64,000 nt of DNA from Eledone cirrhosa. Lineage: Eukaryota. A model generated the notes under the pieces. The model saw only the letters and a program-made list of their open reading frames with translations. It did no database searches and was not told the DNA's origin. The translations under genes and the position numbers were made by a program. The stretch is from the NCBI GenBank assembly GCA_964016885.1, contig OZ024747.1, positions 36,766,001 through 36,830,000 on the forward strand, read 5' to 3'. Of the stretch, positions 11,690-38,243 are shown one piece after another (position 1 is the first letter of the stretch; each line of letters opens with the position of its first letter).

Positions 11690-13105
11690 ATTGACTTCAC
11701 TGTTGAACACCCTAACGACGACGAGTCTCTTGCCCTCCTCGACTTCCGAATCTACATCACGGAGCAAGGAGAGATCCACCCAAGCTTCTACTGCAAGGTA
11801 GCCTACAGGGACTTGTTCGTCCACTACAAATCTGCACTCCCTAACAGTGCTAAAATAGGGTACATCACGAACGAGATCACACGGATTAAAAACAGATGCA
11901 GCGATCCCGTGAGTGGTGTCACCCATACCAAGTGGTTCCTCCGGGTGCTGGAGACGAACGGATACCCAGCCTCACTTAAAAGCAGAGTAAGAGACACCAG
12001 ACACAAGAGGCAGAGAAACATCCAAGGCAAGTGCTTCCTTAAAATCCCGCATCTGGGCGAGGAAACGACCAACGCTTTCCGCATGATCATACGGAGGGAG
12101 AGCCTCGACATCGACTTGGCCCAGTCGGGCCCCTCCCTACGGAGATGCCTCTCCAGGAAAGCCGGGAAATTGGTTGACGCGTGTTCCCTCAGCAACTGTC
12201 CGATGCGCCAAACGAACTGTTGCTTACGCACCTACGCTGTATACAAGGTAGAATGTGACAAGTGCAACGTCTACTACATCGGTAGCACAATCCGGCCACT
12301 ACATGTCCGGATCAAGGAGCACATCAACACCAGGGCCTTGTCTTTCCGGAAACACATAACCAAATGCGGAAACAAAAACGGAAGGCCCATTGTCACAGTG
12401 TTAGCGACAGAACGCAACGTCGGCACTTTAAGAATCAAAGAAGCACTTTGGATCAAACGCCTAGTACCACAAATTAATAACCGATCTGAGAGAAGCGAGA
12501 CGAGATGACTGGTGTAAAACAAACGAAACAACAACAGACACACACAGACACAGTGGCAATCGAACGATTGTTATTGTGTGTCTAGCGCCCCCACCATCCA
12601 CCGACCAACAAGCAACAACCAGACAGACAACCAATACTGCCAGTATCAAAGTCTGAATATAAGTAGTATAATATATTGACAGTGAAGCACCATCCTACTA
12701 CCCTAGTAAAGAGGAACTGCCTCGACATTTGCCTGACCGCAGCTATTCTGCGCGCACCCGCGCCCCACAGAATATTTCAGTTGTGCACAAACAGTAGACA
12801 ACATAGTGTTGTTCCTCTCCAACTAAAAACATTCCCTCTCGGAAAACCCCCAGTTGATGGATGCGAAATCCAAAATATAGGGACACTTAAATCACTTCCA
12901 AAGTAACTCTATCTCGTGTTATTATTTTTACACTCTTTTCCATGTTCCTCTACACCCTATGCGTCTCATTCTACATTTCCTCTTACATTTCTCTCATCAC
13001 CACCTGATTCTGTTGGCCGGAGATTTACCCATCTGCATTGTTGAGGCTTCCAAAACGGCCAATGTTATTATTCCACAATGATTCAAGCAAACTTCAACAC
13101 TCTCT

Positions 13106-13108
<3 letters not shown>
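11690..13108 (+). mobile_element. 5'-truncated Penelope-like element (RT C-terminus + GIY-YIG; ORF 11603-12508)
   Basis: IDFTVEHP..LALLDF, FVHYKSALP, L..NGYP, AVYKVECDKCNVYYIGSTIRPLHVRIKEH, LRIKEALWIKRLVPQIN. The 3' region ends on (TA)n. Confidence 0.9.
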
Positions 13109-13179
<71 letters not shown>

Positions 13180-13180
<1 letters not shown>

Positions 13181-14027
13181 GAGGTAGGTTAGAAATGTTC
13201 CAGGACTGATGCCACAAAATATTGCTTCAATGTAATCCCCCTGGAGTATGTAACTGTAATCTTAGCTCTCTGCAGCGATCAAACTTTTCTCTTCATAATT
13301 TTATATACATGTCCTGTTTCAGGTCGTCAAGCAATGAGCACAGAGCAACGAACGGTTGGGGAAAACTCCGTCAGAAGCACTGGGATTGCTGCAAGAAGTA
13401 TATGGAGATGAAACGATGTCACGCTCACGTGTTTTTGAGTGGTGCACGAGGTTTAAAGAAGGACGCGAGGACGTGGAAGATTACTCCAGGAGCGGAAGGC
13501 CCTCAACAACCAGGACTGAGGTCAACGTCGAGCGCGTCAGGCAGATGGTGCGTAGCGATCGTCGGCTGACTGTTCGACTGATGGCAAATGAGCTGGGCAT
13601 GAATCGGGACAGTGTCTGGAAGATTGTCACTGAAGATTTGGACATGCGCGAAGATGGTGCCAAAACTGCTGAACGAGGACCAGCAGGGTCGACGCATGCA
13701 AGTGTTCCAGGACATCCTCGAGCGTCTTGAAACCGAACTAGACTTGCTAGGGACAGTCATCGCCGGTGATGAGTCATGGATCTTCGAGTACGACCCGGAG
13801 GGGACCCGTTTTGAAGACGTGGACGACATCAAAAAGGCCGTGACGACGGAACTGCGGAGGATCCCGGAAGAATCTTTCCAGGAGTGCATGCAAGCGTGGC
13901 AGTTAAGGATGGAAAAGTGTATTAGACTCCAGGGGATTATTTTGAAGGAGGAAACTCTTAGTGTGAAGTTTGGGTTTGAAATAAATCTTTTCTGATATCA
14001 GTCCTGGAACTTTTCTGACACACCTCG
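13180..14027 (+). mobile_element. Internally deleted mariner (Tc1/mariner) transposon
   Basis: ~31-bp TIRs CGAGGT...GTTCCAGGACTGAT. HTH region GKTPSE..VYGDETMSRSRVFEW..RFKEG..RSGRP. IAGDESWIFEYDPE joins directly to GTRFEDVDDIK, so most of the DDD domain is deleted. Frameshift at ~13645. Confidence 0.92.
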
Positions 14028-14086
14028 TGTATATATTGAAAGATTGAGGAGTAACATGGTCGGCTGTACAAAAATGTTTTATTTCT

Positions 14087-14199
14087 AGTATTAACAATTG
14101 ATTCATTGATCAGGTGAGTCTAAAGGCCGCTAATCACTCGAAGTTGCGTCACTCGACCTTAAATACAGTGTTTACCTCTGATCAAATCATCGGAATACT
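14087..14199 (-). ncRNA. Variant hammerhead motif with extended stem II
   Basis: Minus strand: AGTATT-CCGATGA-T-TTGATCAG..(~65 nt)..CTGATCAA-T-GAATC-AATT-GTT-AATACT. Confidence 0.55.
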
Positions 14200-15472
14200 G
14201 CAGGGTTTACATATGGCATTGGTATTTATAGATACAACGAAGAATCAAAACAATAACATCAATAATAAAAGGTAATAATAAAGAAATAAAGAAGTTAAAA
14301 TGAAGATGATAAAGATGTAAAAAATAAGATAAAAAATAATAAGTACAGAATACGATTGCTGATAATAGTGGTGGTGGTGATGGAGATTAATGTTCCAGTG
14401 GTGAGTAAACGTATGTGTAAAGACGTGGTGGGGGTAGAGATAATACTAACATGAAACTAAACATTAAATACGTAGTGGTCAAATCTCAGAGGGTTAGAGT
14501 AGAAAATAAAAAATAGCAAGTAATGACAGATAAATGATAATAAATTAAAAATTAAGTTAGAGGGGAAGAGATACAGGACAGGAGACAGAGTGTAGGGGTA
14601 GCGATACGATGATACGTGTGTTAAATGGCTGGTAGGCTGATTGTCTTATCTTAATGGGAGTGGTGTGGATTTAAGGAGAGAGAGTGAAAGAAAGGTTAGG
14701 GGGTTCTTGATGTTGATTTAGTGACCAGTTGGTCAGTTGACAGCTAATAACAGTGGGGTGGTATGTAGTCAGTACATTAAAATCCGGGTGGTTCTGCTTG
14801 AATCATGTTGGTTTGAAATTTACGAACTTGGTAGCTGCTTTGTGCCTACAGAAAATTGTTCGATCTATTTTGCTGTTAAGCAGCATTTTATCATACTTTA
14901 AAGTATGGAACAGCTCCATATTGCAAAGTCCCCAGTGGAACATTCCAATGATGTAGGTCCTTGTTCCCAATAATTTCGACCAGCTAATCCCATATTCCTG
15001 GTTTGTGTCATTAAGCTGCCAGATTTTATTGGCCAGCGTTGTAGAGTTCTCTAGTCTACGGTTCTTCATGGAGTGTCTGTGAACGTACCATTTTTTTTAA
15101 TTACCCAGCCGTAGAACATATGTAGTGCCATGCTAAGTTGTCCGAATTGATAGTACACAGGTACGCTATACATTATTCCAGGCATCTATTTTGTAGTGGG
15201 CACTTATCCGGCAGGTGGTAGTTACAGTTGGAGGCCTTCCTGTGTGTAAGATCTCCGTTGCGGTTTTGTATTTTGTTATGGATGGGTTGAGATTTAGGCT
15301 TATTGATGTTTTTTTTGCGATGCGCCCTGACGTGTGTAGTTGTGATGTTGTTATGGGTTTGCGTTTTGTATTTGGTGCTATGGTGTATGTTGGTAGATTA
15401 TTTTCCTTAGAGATCCTTTATAGGTGATTCTCCGTTGTATCTATAAGTACCAATGCCATATGTAAAACATCC

Positions 15473-15585
15473 AGTAATCCGATGATTTGCTCAGAGGTAA
15501 ACACTGTATTTAAGGTTGAGTGACGCAACGTTGACTGATTAGCGGCATTTAGACTCACCTGATCAATGAAACAATTGTATATACT
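15473..15585 (+). ncRNA. Variant hammerhead motif with extended stem II (inverted copy)
   Basis: AGTAAT-CCGATGA-T-TTGCTCAG...CTGATCAA-T-GAAAC-AATT-GTA-TATACT. Confidence 0.55.
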
Positions 15586-15918
15586 AGAAATAAAACATTT
15601 TTGTACAGCTTATCCTTCAATCTTTCAGTATTATTACTCCAACAATAACCTGCCGAAGAATTCTCGCGAACTTGCTAACTAACGATGGAAACCTCTTGTT
15701 GAGTAAAACAACGCCGTACGTTAAAACTATCCACAATTCGGAGTATTCACAACCTCCCTGCTGTATTACCTATAACGATAACTTGTTATCCCATATATAT
15801 ATATATAATTATATATATACATACATATATATATATATGTGTGTATGTATGTTTGTATGTATATATATATTTGTATGTATATATATATTTACCTATATAT
15901 ATTTGTATGTATATACAT

Positions 15919-16490
15919 GTCAGGTCACCAGTTGGTGCTACTGGTAACATGTATACCAGTACAACCTGTCCCATGGTCGGCTCGTTGGCGACTAAACTGG
16001 CAACCCCACCGAGGTTTCTTGGTGAGGAGGGTGACTTTGGACATCCTGCAGGACTAAAAACAAAACCTGTCAAATGGCAAAGGAGCTGTTAAGATTCAAT
16101 GGCCATCCAAAATCACCGGGAGAGGTGACCCCTTAACCTTTGTCAAGGCAGAATTCTAGGAGAAGGAAAACTCTGAAATAACACCTGCAACTCTGATGGT
16201 ATCCAATGATGTTGACTTGTTCTTCTTTTTAGTAAATATCATCTTGGTTAAGAGAGTGGGACTGGCTTTGTGCAGTGCCTTTGCTCACTATAAAAGCTTC
16301 ACGGCACAGGCATTGCTTTATATCTGGAGATCTCTCTGCACTTGTCGTCACATGGTACCATGGGCCCAGCACCATGTGTCAATAATTGTCACAAGTGTAG
16401 TGTTTGTACCAGAGTTTTCAAGTCGCTGGCTGGACTAAAATGTCACACTCGTTCAGCGCATCTGTAGGGGTTCTCCTACATGGATATAAA

Positions 16491-16493
<3 letters not shown>
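15919..16493 (+). mobile_element. Short non-autonomous RTE-derived element, 3' end cut off by the tandem array
   Basis: Near-identical to 35136-35744 and 56517-57123. Has the RTE 5'UTR-like motif CTAGGAGAAGGAAAACTCTGA and the C2H2 remnant [22 protein letters not shown]. Confidence 0.8.
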
Positions 16494-30022
<13,529 letters not shown>

Positions 30023-30319
30023 CGGCGATGAATTAGTTTTGCGAGGTTTTTGATATGAAAAGATGGCGTAAGGCATACCATACAACAGGAGGAAACATAA
30101 TAGCACCACTGACGATGTTGCAGATGTGCAACGAAAGAACTTTGTTAGACTATATATATATGTGTTTGTGTCTATATTGTATCTGTATTTTTGACCGTTG
30201 GTCAGTCAATGGTAATATTGAGGAGCGAATAAATTAAATTAACCGATATAAAAGACACAGTAACGAAAACCAACCAAACTGTGAGTGTGTTCTGTTATTA
30301 GTTCTGGCAATGTTAATAC

Positions 30320-30355
<36 letters not shown>

Positions 30356-30571
30356 CGTTTCTGAATTTGTTTAGCAAGATTCTTTATCTGAAATCGTGTG
30401 TTGAAACCCATACTGTTATACTTTGGGAGGGTCATGTTGCCAATAAGAAACACACGCACCCGTTGCTTTCACTTCAATTTATTATAATAAATTTATAAAT
30501 TTAGGAATTTATAAATTCATAAATTTCTGGTTGGTTGGTTGGTTCCACAACCAGATAGTTGTTTATATATT

Positions 30572-30614
30572 GTCAAATTTCTTTCGTCACACATTATTTG
30601 ACCTCATCAGTGAC
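30572..30614 (-). ncRNA. Minimal hammerhead motif in pLTR
   Basis: GTCA-CTGATGA-G-GTCA..TGAC-GAAAGAAATT-TGAC. Confidence 0.6.
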
Positions 30615-31849
30615 TGGGGATTCTCTTCATTGTTTTTGTGCCTCTCCTTTGTTCTCTCCTACGCCATTTTGTTTCTGTGTGTGTGTTGTGCGCTCAGTCT
30701 GCGCATGCGCCACATCCGGGTGTCTGTGTGTGTTTATATCTGTTTATTTATTTGTTTATTTACATGTTACCGGTTGGTTGTTTGTTCTATGTGTGTGTGT
30801 TTTCATTTTGTCCTTAATTGTAAGTTGTGATGATGCTGTTCCACTCATATTTTCTATTTAATTTTGGTTGTAATTCTTTTATGTTTATTGCCTCTGTGAT
30901 TTGTCTAAACATTGCGTTTTTTCTGTGTGTAGATTCTATTTTTATTTCTATGTTCCCTAATTTACCCTTATGTTCTATTTTAGCATGTTGGTAGAGTACA
31001 GATGATTCTTTACTATCTTCAAGGTCTCGCCAGTGTTCATTTATCCGTTCCCCTACACTACGGGCTGTCTCACCTATGTACACTATATTTTTGTCTCTAC
31101 ATTGTCCTTCAGTACATCTTATGCTATACACTACATTTCTAGTTTTACAGTTAATATGGGGGCTTATTTTACAGGTTATACATTTCTTATCTATACAGCG
31201 GGGTCTTTGAAAAGGGTATGTCTTGCTAATAAGTGTTTTTACGGAGGTACCTGGTCTTTCTACTATCTTAATATTGAGTTTATGTTTATCTAGGGCCCTT
31301 CTAAATTTGTAAGCAAATTCACCTCTAGGGGTTGTATCGATGAACATTACACTCTGGTATTTATTGCTATCATACCATGAGTTTATTCTATTAGCCTTAT
31401 TCCTAGTTCTTTCTATTCTATTCCAAAATTTGCTCCAATAAGAGGGGCAGGTCCCATTTGTGTCATTATTTACCATTTTTTCCCATTTGGTTCTGGCTCC
31501 TCTATACACTCTGATTTTATCTCTCTAATTGTAACACAGAAAAGACGCAATGTTTAGACAAATCACAGAGGCAATAGACATAAAAGAATTACAACCAAAA
31601 TTAAATAGAAAATATGAGTGGAACAGCAACATCACAACTTACAATTAAGGACAAAATGAAAACACCCACACACATAGAACAAACAACCGACCGGTAACAT
31701 GTAAATAAACAGATAAATAAACAAATATAAACACACACAGACACCCGGATGTGGCGCATGCGAAGACTGAGCACACAACACACACACAGAAACAAAATGG
31801 CGTAGGACAGAACAAAGGAGAGGCACAAAAACAAAGAAAAGAATCCACA

Positions 31850-31892
31850 GTCACTGAAGAGGTCACATAATGTGTGACGAAAGAACTTTGAC
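31850..31892 (+). ncRNA. Minimal hammerhead motif in inverted pLTR
   Basis: GTCA-CTGAAGA-G-GTCACA(TAATG)TGTGAC-GAAAG-AA-CTT-TGAC. Confidence 0.65.
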
Positions 31893-32045
31893 AATATGTA
31901 AACAACTATCTCGTTGTGAAACCAACCAACCAACCAGATATTTATAAATTTATAAATTCCTAAATTTATAAATTTATTATAATAAATTGAAGTGAAAGCA
32001 ACTGGTCTGTGTGTTTCTTATTGGCAACATGACCTCCCAAAGTAT

Positions 32046-32117
<72 letters not shown>

Positions 32118-32129
32118 TAATAATAAATT

Positions 32130-34075
32130 TGAAGACTAAAATCTAAAGGGGGCTCGATAAGGATAAATATATATCAGATATATAAGAACCGTAGAGCAAA
32201 TATTTATTAAATTAACAGATACAGTTTAAGAAAAGAATCGCTGCTTTCACCCTTAACGGGATCTTCTGAAACAAAAATGTCGATCTGTGAACGGAGAAGT
32301 AAATATTTCAAAAACCGTTGCAATCGAAGGAAGACAGGAAGACGATACTTTGGTTCGTGGAAACGTTCCCTGGCAAATAACGGGAAAAAAATGAAGAGAA
32401 TACGTCATTATTTCGTGCAGTGAAAACAATTACACGCGAAGACAAAACCCCGTTTATGGTATAAATGAAGTCGTAGACTTATATTCTGTTAGGTGGTTCG
32501 TGGAGACGTTCTCTGGCAAGGAACGGAAAAAACGAAGATAATACGTCATTATGTGGAGCATTCAGAACAATAACACGCAAAGATAAACCACGTAAATGGT
32601 AGAACTGAAGTCGTAGACTAAAATTCTATTTAGGAAACCGAATGATTCTCGGCTTCAGAGTTAGGTATAAAATAAATAAAATACAGAGGTAATTGAAATT
32701 GAATATATACATACAAACATCCATATGCGTACATACACAAGCATACGCGAAAACACTCCCCATGGGTATGCAAATACAAGCACGTACTAAAACAACACAC
32801 ACACACGCGCGCACACATACAGAACCCACGTAACGCCTGTACCGCACACATACGAACGTATACACCAAATACACATAAAAATAAATAAATAGAAACACAT
32901 ATATATACACATGTGTGCGTGTGTGTATGCGTGTATACATAATTAAATAAACGTATATAAATATACAGACATAAATACGTATACAACGCGCGCACACACA
33001 CACCAACATGTAAATACACATATGTTCGCGAACAAACGTCAACCAAAACACAAAGTACACATATACACAGACCGTACCTTACGTACGAACACGCATACTC
33101 ACACAGATCGAAAACTCACGTATACACATAACCAACTGCGCATGTACCAGTATATATAATATATACGCCAATAACATATACAAGAAAATATACGTACGAG
33201 AAAATATACGTACCTTCACAAAACATACAGGTAATATATACTTACCTATACGAATAAGTAATGGTATTAATATAACATAAACTTAGCTACCACATCAAGA
33301 CGTAAATTTCCGCGTATAGTTCGTACTATCCGTTAGGGTATAATGCAGGAAAGTTTTGTGAAATTTATGTTTACAAGCCGAAATTGCCTCAGATTTTTTT
33401 GCTTAAGATGTGGTCTGTGGCGTAGAGTATCTCCAGGGCCTCAGCGGCGCAGAGGTCACATGGTCTTTTATTTCCGTTATACGATCTAGCCTTAGCTAGG
33501 ATCTCCCAGTGTAACTTATATTAGACTCCAGATATAAGCTGAAAGTGACGACACATTCCTTCTTAAAGGGTAACGAAAAGAATTGGTATGCATGTAAAGA
33601 CGCTGCTTGAATCTATTGGCAGTTAACCCTATGTAGGCCCTACGGGACGTGGGTGTTTCAACCTTACATTTGTAGACAATGTTACTAGAGAAGCATTTCC
33701 CGGATAGGGGGCAGTCAACCCGATTCCTACAAATACAGTTAGTACTAGCTACAGGGTTGCACGTGTTCCTACGGCTAGGTAATTTAGCTAAATTTGAAGC
33801 TGTGATGTTATGTGCAAGTTGAGGAGCCGTAGAGTAAGAAATTTTAATGTTATTTCTATTAAAAATTTTACTATATTAATGTGCTGGGGGAAATGCTTCA
33901 TAATAAGGGAGAGAAAGATCTTAGCTAAAGGTGTGGCCACCTCCATATTATATGGTGGGTTATACCATATAATGCTACGGGATCTAAATTTTCCTTGGTC
34001 TATTCTCGTACAATGTATCCTTATCGACAAATCCACTCCGAGCATGAGCTTCATTGTAATATGTGGAATGGTCAT
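32130..34075 (-). mobile_element. Degenerate Penelope-like element related to the 6963-9047 type, with long 3' region
   Basis: RSIIWYNPPYNMEVATPLAKIFLSLIMKHFP, then frameshifted CICRNRVDCPLSGKCFSSNIVYKC...RAYIGLT. Tandem ~140-bp duplication at ~32350-32625. Confidence 0.8.
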
Positions 34076-34091
34076 TGAAAATATGCTCGTT

Positions 34092-34142
<51 letters not shown>

Positions 34143-34626
34143 TATATGTATATATATTTTTTTTATGCGTGCGTGGGTGTGTATATGCATATGCGCATAT
34201 TTGTAAGAGTGTATATGAGCCAGTGTGTGTGTGTGTGTATAAGTACCCGTGTATGGAAAGGGTTTGTTTGTGTGTACGTTTGTGTTTGCGAGCGAGTGTG
34301 TATCTGTGTGTGTATATATGTATATGGGTACGTGTATATATGTGTGTGCGTGGGTGGAGGGGGGTTTATGTATATGTCTATACGTGTTTTTGTGAACAGG
34401 TATATATACGCGTATGCGTGTGTATGCACATGTGTGTGTGTATGTTGATGTATATAGGCATGTGGGCATGTGTCTGTGTATATACGTGCCTTTCTGGATG
34501 CATATATGCGTATGTTTATATGTTTATATGTTCTCCTTAAATGTGTGTGTATAACTGGCGTCTATGCGTACGACTGTCGTTATCTATGTGATTGTGTGTG
34601 TGTGTTTGTGTAGTAATTTATTGAAG

Positions 34627-34979
34627 TGTAGCAGACATTCTGTGGTCAGAATTATGATGATGTAGACAACCAGCGGCCAATCACAGGACACGCGAAGAGG
34701 ATGAAGTTCTTGACAGTACTGGTCCCGAGGGTCAGATATCCCAGTGAGTGTATATTCTCCGAAATCATTAGACGAGTCGTCGAACCTGCGGGTCCAAAAT
34801 CATACATATCCACACAATGATCGTGTCTCGATCTGTCCGCCGGCGAAACTATTGTAATACACAATAAATTGAGTTCAAATGCATCACTGATTTTTCGTTT
34901 TCTATTCTATCATACTCTGCTCTGTAAGAGCATAGCGTGCTCAACCGGCATACTGCCTATCGATGCATCTTAGCTACCA
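34627..34979 (+). mobile_element. Possible solo LTR
   Basis: Begins TGTAGC and ends GCTACCA. Contains CCAAT and AATAAA and sits between microsatellites. No clear TSD. Confidence 0.35.
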
Positions 34980-34983
34980 TCAG

Positions 34984-35020
<37 letters not shown>

Positions 35021-35090
35021 CATACATACATATATTTATATACATACATACATACACACACACACATATATATATATGTATGTATGTATG

Positions 35091-35121
<31 letters not shown>

Positions 35122-35135
35122 ATATATATATGTAT

Positions 35136-35743
35136 GTCAGGTCACCACTTGGTGCTACTGGTAACATGTATCCCAGTACAACCTGTCTCATGGTCGGGTC
35201 GTTGGCGACTAAACTGGCAACCCCACCAAGGTTTCTTGGTGAGGAGGGTGACTTTGGACATCCTGCAGGACTAAAAACAAAACCTGTCAAAGGGCAAAGG
35301 AGCTCTTAAGAGTCAATGGCCATCCAAAATCACTGGGAGAGATGACCCCTTAGCCTTTGTCAGGGCAGAATTCTAGGAGAAGGAAAACTCTGATATAACA
35401 CCTGCAACCCTGATGGTATCCAATGATGTTGACTTGTTCTTCTTTTTGGTAAATATCATCTTGGTTAAGAGAGTGGGACTGGCTTTGTGCAGTGCATTTG
35501 CTCACTATAAAAGCTTCACGGCACAGGCATTGCTTTGTATCTGGAGATCTCTCTGCACTTGTTGTCACATGGTACCAAAGGTAAAGCACTATGTGTCAAT
35601 AATTGTCACAAGTGTAGTGTTTGTACCAGAGTTTTCAAGTCGCTGGTTGGACTAAAAAGTCACACTCATTCAGCGCATTGGTAGGGGTTCTCCTACATGG
35701 ATATAAAGTAGTGGCCGTACTCGAAAACGAGTTGGCAGCCACC

Positions 35744-35744
<1 letters not shown>
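35136..35744 (+). mobile_element. Short non-autonomous RTE-derived element (complete) with (TATG)n tail
   Basis: RTE 5'UTR-like head, C2H2 remnant, 3' stem-loop GTGGC..CTCGAAAACGAG..GCCAC, then (TATG)n. Confidence 0.85.
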
Positions 35745-35776
<32 letters not shown>

Positions 35777-35836
35777 TGTATGTATGTATGTATGTATGTA
35801 TGTATACAAAAATATGTAGGTATATATATATATATG

Positions 35837-35961
<125 letters not shown>

Positions 35962-38032
35962 GTATATATAGTGTAAACACAAGTGTGTGTACACATTTCA
36001 TAGATACGTGTTTATGTGAGTATACTGAAGTAAAATATGCCGAAATATAGTAACAAATAAGCATGTGTATGTATCTATCTGTTCGTATGTAGATATATTC
36101 GAGTGTCTGTTTGTGCACTACTAATTTAGAAATATATATATGTATATACATATTTGAACATCAAGAAACGTACATTCGTTCACGTGCAACCACATACCCT
36201 GCATTAAGTACACAATTAAAATTATGTATAACGATAGTGCATGAGGTTTTGATGGATAACTTCCGCTCCGAGTATTTCTGCAAAAAGCACAGGATATTAA
36301 TAACTTCGGACACGGAAATAGGAAGAAAGCCATCTTCAATACGAATTCACAGATTTCTATGGCATGCGGGTAATAGAGAAGAAACATCACATCGGTAAAG
36401 GCAATGTGCCTTTGAAAAAATACCCTTCCTTTTTAAGAAGCACGAGTGATATCACTTTCTTTCAAATCTTCATTCTGTTGAAATAATTAAAGAAATATTG
36501 GAGAATGATATGAAGCATGTTATAATGGCGATTTCACTTCGAATACAATAATGGCTATATTTGAAATTTAGAAACTAAAAGGCCCACACATTAAAATCCT
36601 CCATATAATTGGCAATTCGACCTAACTATTTTTCTAGGAAATGTTAGAGCTGGCATGTTACTATTTCAACATCACTCCAACTTTGCCATATCAAGTAGCC
36701 AATATATGTGTGGGTGGAATCGATAGTAGATCAAACATGATCATATCAATAACTGGAATATCTCAAATTTCAACGTATTAATAAAGTTGTCGATTGCAAA
36801 CTTTGAGATCAAATACCACAGGGGTCATATTTTTCTTATAGGTTCTTGTTGTCTTTACAACAACAACAATTCAAACAACATTTTCTTCTGTATAGGTTAT
36901 CTGTTATTAGTTGCATAGCAATATGCTTAATATTGCTCATTCTAAAATTAAATCTAAAAATGTTTATCTCTGCCAAGAGCCTAAATCTTATCTTTCATAT
37001 TTCGTAAGGAATGTGCAGTCATTTGTAGAGTTTCAAGTTCCCCATTAATGTATATATTAATATATGGAAGTATAACAAGCACAGAAATGGATACAAATAT
37101 ATTGCAAATTAGTATCTACGATGCCTTTATAGGTTATATGTAACAGAATAATCAATGCATATATATTATACATATCATAATTTGAAAGAAAAATAATATT
37201 CTGGTACTTGTAGTACCACTTGAAGCCTAATTTGAATGATAAATGTGTCTGCAAATTCATGTTCGCTTGTATATTATATAAACCAAACAATGTGCCATTT
37301 CTCGTCACATTTAAACTTTATCATGTTTATAATTCTACTGATCCTCCTCTGACGAAGAAATATAGGAATGATCTTTGGAAATAATGGATATTTGAGGAAT
37401 ATGAACGTTGCATGACCGTTATCAATTTCCATTCAGAAATGGGAATTGATTGCATTCATACAGAAAACACACATGGCAGATCAAATATATTCAGTTTACA
37501 TATTATCGGCCTTTACCATCCAAAGAGTTTAAAGGAAGTTGGCTGGACATTCGCAGTTTTATCAAAATCAAATTACCAATAAAATAAACATTTTCTCTGG
37601 GAAGCAAGACATTTCCAAACTCAGAAAATGTGATGCACCCCGTACTACGCCAGGAAAATAAGGCAGTGACTAAGAATTTGCATGGAATAAAACCACACCT
37701 GTATAAAAGTTGTTCCTCAATGATTCAATCAGTATAGATTTGTTACAAAAAACATACATTTTAAATGACTCACTGAGACATATCAATCTCAAAATTATAT
37801 GTGATATATAATAATCATTATGGCCGTCAGCCATGCCCAATGTGCTCATGAGAGTCGTGAGCTGGTGGAGCCTGGACCCGATGGTGGAGCGGATGACCAG
37901 TGGAAGGATGGGTGACTCAAGGATGACTCTATTAGATTAAAATTCACAACCGTGATGTACCTTTGTTTGTTCGATCACTGCTAAAGAAAGAAATGTGTCA
38001 GAGTGACTCCAACAACTGAGTTAGCTAATATA

Positions 38033-38243
38033 CGAGGGTGGGCTGGAACATTCATAGGGTGACTATGAAGGAGTTATGCTAGAGCTGTGAAATCTCGCAT
38101 ATATTAATTTCAGTTCTTATTGATAACCGCATTGTTTCTTTCCTGGTACTATGTTGAAAAATAAACCGCATTTGGTCATTCCATGAGAGTAAATTTCTCA
38201 GCCTATGAACTTTTCAGTCTATGCAAATTTCAGCCGACCCTCG
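38033..38243. mobile_element. Mariner-type MITE
   Basis: TA|CGAGGGTGGGCTGGAACATTCATAGG ... TTTCAGCCGACCCTCG|TA: TIRs plus TA TSD. Confidence 0.8.

Larger units (their letters stand above)
14031..15630 (-). mobile_element. Penelope-like remnant (GIY-YIG fragment) with a 3' pLTR and an inverted pLTR copy at its 5' end
   Basis: NSTTLANKIWQL..Y.ISW...LCNMELFH..LLNSK....CRH at 14803-15069. 14031-14240 is an inverted copy of 15433-15630. Confidence 0.85.
30405..32050 (-). mobile_element. 5'-truncated Penelope-like element (GIY-YIG ORF 30814-31509) with an inverted pLTR
   Basis: NVVYSIRC..C....VYIGETARSVGERINEH, RQITEAINI....PKLNRKYE. ~30405-30930 is an inverted copy of ~31530-32050. Confidence 0.92.

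Noticed and set aside
11468-11690. Helitron/Helentron-like terminus TACTAGCCGAATTACCCGCG
   Set aside because: Only a short resemblance. The other end was not found.
32235-32272. Hammerhead-like motif at the 3' end of the minus-strand PLE
   Set aside because: CAGAAGA core, no UH triplet and no stem I. At best a decayed relic, so not listed as a feature.
37345-37400. CTGACGA...GAAA as a hammerhead
   Set aside because: Stems II and III are not convincingly formed
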